NCBI RefSeq assembly: GCF_006345805.1 | Contig: NW_021832450.1 | Span: forward strand, 1-30,600 | Reading direction: 5' to 3' | DNA: 30,600 nt | Origin: Octopus sinensis | Lineage: Eukaryota | Position numbers and translations under genes: made by a program | The notes under the pieces: model-generated | Seen by the model: only the letters and a program-made list of their open reading frames with translations | Database searches by the model: none | What the model was told of the DNA's origin: nothing | Shown: one piece after another, positions 23,937-30,600 of the stretch | Numbering within the stretch: position 1 is the first letter of the stretch | Layout of the letters: the number at the start of each line of letters is the position of its first letter

Positions 23937-24679
23937 TCAAGTCTTGTCAATAATGACATTGTGTGAGTGAGTCGACCTCCCTGCACTTATACAAATAAGA
24001 CGGTCCTTCATTTCGACCACACTGTCCGCGTAGTTAAATTCCCCCTGACTGTCCTTCGTCTGGTCGTGGGGGAACCCGTCGGCCAGCATACGGAACCAGT
24101 CCTCTTTGTGAATGCAGAATACAATCGTTTCAATCTGCATTGACCACAACACCCACCTGGTAGTCGATATCCAAGTCAAAGCTTTTGAGGTCACGGAGAA
24201 TGTCGATGTGGTAGTTCTCCCCTGCACGTGGGAGGGCGGGCAGCGTGTTGAGGGCGGGAGGACGGGCGATGACCATAATCCGGAAATCCCTGTCCATCTT
24301 TAATGGTTTGTGTCAAAAACTTGTGAAAAAATGCTTTGGAGAAACCATTTGAAATTGTCAATTTTGTGGTAGCAGTGGACGACGAGGAGGCGGTTGAAAC
24401 GAGTCCTCATCGTGGAGGAGGTCGAGAAGTACTCGTCTATGCTTGTATTCCGGCGGACGGAAGTGAAGAGTGACCGCGGAGACAGGCATTTAGGGGGAGT
24501 GATCAACTGGAACTCCTCGCTGATGGTCTCCACCAAACTCTCGTCCTCCTCCCCGACGTAGCACAGTTTGTCCCTGCAGCACAGGTGGAGGTGTTGGCCT
24601 ATCAGTCGCATCAGCTGATCCTCGTACGTCTACGCTCACAATCGACTACTACTTTTCCGAACGAAAATTTTTGGTTCAT
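23937..24679 (-). CDS. Uncharacterised protein, possibly a class I SAM-dependent methyltransferase-like fold
   Basis: MNQKFSFGK | TYEDQLMRL..DKLCYVGE..FNRLLVVHCYHKIDNFKWFLQSIFSQ | MDRDFRIMVIARPPALNTLP..DIDYQ | IETIVFCIHKEDWFRML..| RSTHSHNVIIDKT*. Four GT-AG introns of 21-23 nt give a clean frame. The function is a weak motif-level guess. Confidence 0.7.
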
Positions 24680-24976
24680 TTTTGGTCGATTAAGTCAGTG
24701 GCAACCAATTGACTTTTATTCGACTTTCATTTGGATTTTGCCAAAATAATAAACAGACAATAACATGTGTTTTTTTAATTTGTCGATTTGGAGACCGAAT
24801 ATTTTAACTGGGCGATTCCCTAGCAACCAAGTCCTCGACTTTGATTTTTGATACTTTGTAAAACCACTTTAATTGTTATACATACATTTTTTGATTATTT
24901 TGTATATAATTTAAAATATATTATTTGGATAAAGTTGATAATAATATAAATAGAGAAATAAATAAATTATTAATTT

Positions 24977-25861
24977 ATGTCTGTCAGGTGGTATCATTTG
25001 TTTGGATTAATAATTAGTCAAGACTCTCTTACACGATTTGCAAATTTGCCAATTTTGTCGCCAGTCGCATTTCTTGCTCAGAAGGCAGTCGACCTGAGTG
25101 GGACAAGAACTATAGCCTGCAAAATAAACAATATTCTGAACAGCGGAATTGACATTCTTGAAAACAACATAAGAATAGTCAAAATGACCCCACGTGAGGT
25201 AAACCACAATGCAGCCACTCATTAGATATACAACAAAACAATTACTGAAATTGGCGAATTCGGAAGTTCTGCGGTGGCTCTCAAAAAGGAAATCGAGTCT
25301 CGCTGTTCGGAAGTGACCCGAACTTTGGGCGACAGGGAAAAGGTGGCCAGCCTCGTTTCTGGGCAAATCGAAGAAAAAGGACGCATGGCAGGCCAGTATG
25401 CGGGAAGAAAGATCTCGGCAGTCTACGAAACAGTCGATTCCGTGAAAACGGGGGTGAACAACTGCGGAAGTTGTGTGAGGGAGAAGGTCAGTCGAGTCGT
25501 GTCGTGTTCGGCCCTGGGAGCCCAGCAAGTGGTGGTGGCTTCCTGTTTGCTTGCGAGGACGGGGATGAAGCCAGTTTGGGAGATGGGAGTGTGGCCGAGT
25601 GTTGTAGAGTATTGGCCGTCGAAGGTGTTGGTGGCGAGGATGTGCATGCTTGTTTTGACTGCCAATCAGTTTTTGATGAGTATCGAGGAAGTTTGAGCAT
25701 ATTTGTATTTGTAGGAGGCTGTCAGTTCGGTGGTGAATTATACATACAGGCTGTACTTTGGCAGTCAACTGGAGGAACCTGAGCAGGACTGTCACCAGGA
25801 GTCGGTTTGTGTCTTTTTACATTTGTCGTAGTAGTCCTCACTTTCGGTAGTCGGTAGATAA
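24977..25861 (+). CDS. Perilipin-like lipid-droplet protein
   Basis: SLTRFANLPILSPV and LNSGIDILENNIRIV recall the PAT domain (VTRV.NLPLVSS; GLD.IEE.LP) and are followed by amphipathic A/G/V/K/T-rich sequence. Short GT-AG introns. The last acceptor is ambiguous (stop at 25834 or 25861). Confidence 0.6.
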
Positions 25862-26484
25862 TATTGGATTATTTTTGTTATAACAAAGATTTATTTATTT
25901 AAGGAATTTGGGTGACATCATATGAGTATTTGTTTCGCTTTCATGTTCTGAGTATTTATCCGTGTTCTCGTCTTAAGACAAATTATTTTCAACAAATGGT
26001 CTTATTACCAAAACAGAAAATATTCGCTCACCTTCGTTTCAAATAATCTATATCAATTTTTTTGATAGGTAAATTTAAATCAGGTCACTAAAATGAAATC
26101 AGTTCATTTCTGACTGAAGAATGCAATATTCAGTAGGGGGTCGGAGACGAAAATATACTGAAATTAATCATGATAAATATTTTTTGTGTAAAGTTTATGA
26201 TTTATCTTCAAATGTTAGTTAAAAAACTTATTCGAATTTCCAAAATTCATTGAATTTTGATGTGATATCAATACATTGGATTATATATAATCGATTTGTT
26301 GATTTTCATCATTATTCAATTTAAAATCAGTCCATCGTGCGGGACTAAATGTTAAGGATGATTTTCAATGTGTCTTTTATCCAAAGATGTAAGAAGATTA
26401 GTTGTTGATAAAGAGCACCATCCATTTCATTAATTGACTATTTTTTCTCATTAAATTTTTAAAAATCAATAAGGGGTACGAAAA

Positions 26485-26817
26485 TTTTTTTTAATTCGGG
26501 ATTTACTGAAAAAAGAAATCAGTCAAGTTTTGAAAGCTTCATGGACGGGAAGCCAACGCGATCGAGAAAGAATTAGAGCGTACTATCGCAAGAAATATCC
26601 GCTCGAAAAACCATCTTGATTCGCGGGCGTCGCCTGTGAGAGCAGACATGCGGGACCCGATCTCCTGAACGAAGCTGATTGCCTTACTGTCTAAGGAACC
26701 GGAAGTCTCAAATGCGAATGGGAGGAATTGGAACTTTTCCATAAGTAAGGAGTACTTCCGCATCTTTTTGCATTCCGCGGTTGTGAAAATAGATCCAGGG
26801 GCGGATGCGGACATCAA
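26485..26817 (-). mobile_element. Short 3'-end fragment of a second, diverged CRE-like retrotransposon
   Basis: AECKKMRKYSLL..FLPFAFETSGSLDSKA..EIGSRMSALTGDARESRWFFERIFLAIVRSNS parallels the 3' end of the 570-2208 element (AEERKILKY..PIAVESSG..RGN). Short 3' UTR and an A8 run. Confidence 0.75.
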
Positions 26818-27832
26818 AAAAGAATTATTTAGGTTCTAAGAGGTAGGCGAAGCAAAAAATGTGTGAACAACTGATTTATATTGTTCTATATTATAGATTA
26901 GTGAAATTTTCCACAATTTGTTTGAGAGGCTTTGTTTTGTCGAAAATGAACATGATAATAAATTTATTAAATGTTTAGCAATTGTCTTTAGTCAGTAATT
27001 AGTGTCAAACTATGTAGGTCAACAATGAAGGTCGCTCTGGTCACCAGCGTAGGCGCGACATACTATTTGTTAGGGTAGTTCGAAATGGAATATTCTTTTC
27101 CGGGCAATTTTCAATGATAGCGGTTTCTATGATAAAATCAAATATTTATAATTTTTACACATGTTTTGATCTGTTTTCAAATTAATCAAGGCGTTTCAAT
27201 TATTATTTTATCGTACATAATATTTCTTCTGTTTAAGATTTAATAATAAACATTTCACCATGTTCTGAGTATTTTTGGTATTTAAAATAATTATTGTCAC
27301 TGTTTAATAAGGATATTATGCAAATGGAGAGGCCTTTCCCATTTGCCCAAATTAAAAAAAGTAGCAAAATAAAAAATTAATGTGTGGCTGTCTGTCTTAA
27401 AAATAAAAACTTTTGCAAGACTCATTATTAAAGTATTCATTTCCTGTCGAGCAAGCCATATCACTTTGAAATTCTTTATTCTATCCAACTGTGTATTTGT
27501 CTTCAAAAAATCTGATAAGAATAGTTTTCATTGTTGAGGTCAGCCTGCATGTACTTTACCTAATCACTGATTAGGAGAAAATCAACACTCCAAAAATAGA
27601 AGGCAAAAATGTATTCCGTCACAAAAATGAATGATTCGAAGAGTTTATGGATGATTTATAATCATTATTAATTGATCGTCCATTCTTTAGAATATATAAT
27701 TCCATAAAGATTTATTGATTGGCCGACTGAATATATAAAGTATCCACATCTACTCACTTGCTTTTTATTTACTTAAGTATTTTGGTGTATAAATAAATAT
27801 ATATTTACTGAATAAAATCCGGTTGACCCACA

Positions 27833-30600
27833 ATGGTATTCGAGAGTCTGGTTGCCGACATCCTAAATCGAGCTCTGGGGGACTACATTTGTAACCTCGA
27901 CAAGGACCAGCTCAAGACGAACATTTGGAAAGGTAGAACAACAAACCACCCACAATAGGCGACATCCTCCTCAAAGACCTGACCCTGAGGACGACCATCT
28001 TTGTACCCCACCTGTCTAATCACGCAGGAAGACAACAACATTCCAGTCCGCATAATCTACGGCCACATTGGTAATGGGACTCACTCAGCAGGCACATTTC
28101 GCCTGCAAGTTCCCTGGACGAATATCTACAAGGCCCCCGTCGTAGGGGAGATTACGGACGTGCTCGTGTGTTGTCGGCCCAGCGATGGTGGGGCACTGTC
28201 CTCACTCCCAGGCCAGTCGTACAACCAGGAGGAGGAAGACAGGCTCACCCAGGCTAAGAAAATGGCAGACTTGGAGAGAATCGAGCGCAACAGTCAACCC
28301 ACAAGTGAGGTGTGAGTGTTGAGGGTAGAGAGTCATGGTTCCACGGGATATGTGGAGATGATTCTACTTCAGGTCATCAAGAATATTCAGCTGACGGTCA
28401 GGAATGTGCATATTCGGTATGAGGATTCGAGCAATGTGACTAAACCATTGTCATTGGGGGTCACATTGAACGATATTGTCGTCAGAGTAAGCCATTTGGA
28501 CTGACCATTCGTAGACTGTGGGTGAGGATTGGAAGCAAACTATCATCACTGAGACTCGTTTCATTTTTAACAAGGTGACCACATGACAGATTTATGCAAT
28601 AGTTTATTTATTAATTAACTAGCTACAAATTAAATAATTAAATTAATAAGTATTTAGGTACACTGATTTATTTATGTTAATTGTCAAAATATTGTAGCTA
28701 GCTGAACTTCGATCGCTGACCGTCTACTGTGATGCTGACTGCCAGAGTCTCGTTGCGGACAAATCCGCTCATGAAATAAAAGTTTGAGGAATAATTAAAT
28801 CTTAGGAGTATTTGAGCAGGACGATCGGAGGTCATTCAAATGGGAGCATTATTGGACAAGTGCTACTCCCACTGTCCTTGGATGCCAAATTGGAAATAAA
28901 CATGAAGCCGAGAGAAGTGGGTTACACTCAGTCCAAAGTGAGAGGACAAGTAAAGCTCGGCAACCTCGAACTGACGCTGGACAGATTGCAGGTTTGAGTT
29001 GTCATGACGGTTTTGCAGTACGCGAGCATTCTAGAATTGCAGGATTCCCTCAATCTACGGTCCATCGCTCTCAGATATCGAAAATTCCGCCCTGCAGGAA
29101 GTTTGAAGACAAATCTGCGCCTGATGTATTTATTCCGAATTACTCAGGTGGAAATATGCCTTCACGTGCATAATGGAGACACAAATCAGAAGCAAATATC
29201 GAAATATTGCAGCAACCCTCGAATATTATCGCGTGTTCAAAAAGTACATCGAGGCATACGACTGCTTGCTGACGATGGGGGACAGGAATATCTCCGCAGA
29301 GACCAGAACGCACCTTTCTGTATTAGGCAAGTTACCATCCACTAGTCTGGGGAGACGCAGCTTGACTTATTCTGCCTAGTACTAGCCCGTAAGATTGCCA
29401 GAAATAAGGTGAGTTGATAATCATGGGTATTTGAGAGAACTCTGAGTCGGCCAACAAGAAGGGATGGTTTGGTCGAATCGGGGCATATCTGTGGAGCAGT
29501 GGGAGCACACTAAGTCCATTTGATCTGAGAATTGTAGAAAAGGATTTTGAGTTAGAATTCACGGAACAAGAACGCATTAAATTCCACGAAGCAATCGGAT
29601 ATAGCGACGACATGCCGGACTCGTCCAATTACCCCCTCGATGTATAATACACATCCAAATGTCATAGTATGTTGCCTACTCGCTGAGCCTCGTCGTGAGG
29701 TCCTTTTCTTTTCGAGTTAATGATCGGTTTGTGTAGTCAAACTGACATATTCAGGACAACCAGACCAATCAGACTGCAGTCATTCAAATTCAGCTCAACA
29801 ATATTCTACCGACCCTCCTCGAACGGAATAAGGTGTTCTCCTGTCTTTACTCAGAATGAAACTGTCCCTCCACAGTCTTAAAATAGTCCATGCCCAAGAG
29901 GATGGGAAATATTATACATTTATGGAAAACATGGTTACTGTCGACAAGAAGGCGTTCATTGACGGCGACTTTGAACTGAACCCTGTCAAAACAGAGTGTT
30001 CTGTGTTTGTCCGAGTGAAGACTCAGCCAGTTTTGATAACCTATACAAAGGTAGGCGGCTGTGGTCAGTTCTTAGGACATTGCCAGAGATCTCATTTGCT
30101 TTCTGACTCCGCCCGACTCGCTGGTGTTCAAAGGGTTGTGTTCGTATTCCCACGTGCAGATATCAAATGGAGACATTGGAAAGGATTAGAGAACTGCGGG
30201 ACAAGTCGTCGACGGGGATCAGGAACATACTCCAGAGCAAACACTTTGCAGACATTTCTCTTGATTTTGAAGCCATTAAACTACTCATTCCTGACTCTGG
30301 GGACTATTTCAGGTGGCCTGACTGAGTGACCTCGCTTAGACACTCTTCACTCATTGTGGCCGACTTGGGAAAACTAACCCTCCTGTCCATCCCGAGTACT
30401 GGATTGGACACCCCAAAAGTAGAAGAACTAATATACGACCACTACTTGGTCAGCCTCAACCGAATTCAGATTCTTCTGTGTGAAAAGGGTGGATCTATTA
30501 ATCCATTTAAGATGACGACTGGCGACATGTAATCAAGCAGGACCACTCCCCCTTCCATCTGCTACTCCCAGTTTCCATAAATCTCCACATCAAAAAGTGC
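27833..30600 (+). CDS. VPS13: VPS13 (A/C-type) lipid-transfer protein, N-terminal chorein region; continues beyond the window
   Basis: [86 protein letters not shown]. Nineteen introns (18 of 21-29 nt, one of 123 nt) give an uninterrupted frame. Confidence 0.95.

Noticed and set aside
25007-25795. 262-aa minus-strand ORF
   Set aside because: It is the antisense shadow of the perilipin-like gene, which has the recognisable motifs and splice sites. The same applies to several other opposite-strand ORFs over S6K, PITHD1 and the coiled-coil gene.
27297-27600. Small minus-strand gene upstream of VPS13 with 21- and 23-nt intron-like pieces
   Set aside because: No valid start in frame (an upstream TGA blocks it) and no homology recognised.

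Overview
Eukaryotic, most likely animal, nuclear DNA in the standard genetic code, in two sharply different halves. Bases ~1-19,100 are a transposon and pseudogene field. It holds an APE-type LINE carrying a 2A/StopGo motif, a CRE-like (RT + RLE) retrotransposon and an internal copy of it, tRNA-derived SINE pieces, a Tc1 element with a hAT nested in it, a Helitron-type 3' end, two further LINE remnants, and host-gene copies that keep their introns (frameshifted AP-1 mu, CFAP52 and cornichon; a truncated CWC25 fragment). Bases ~19,100-30,600 are a compact cluster of intact genes: S6 kinase, a long coiled-coil protein, PITHD1, a methyltransferase-like protein, a perilipin-like protein and the VPS13 5' part, plus one short CRE-like 3' fragment. 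Nearly all introns are 21-29 nt, which is why the ORF track is fragmented. Tiny introns at apparently ancestral animal positions, together with a motile-cilium gene, fit a dicyemid mesozoan best; this is inference, not a database result. All protein assignments come from manual translation and recalled family motifs. Exon boundaries outside well-conserved regions are approximate.
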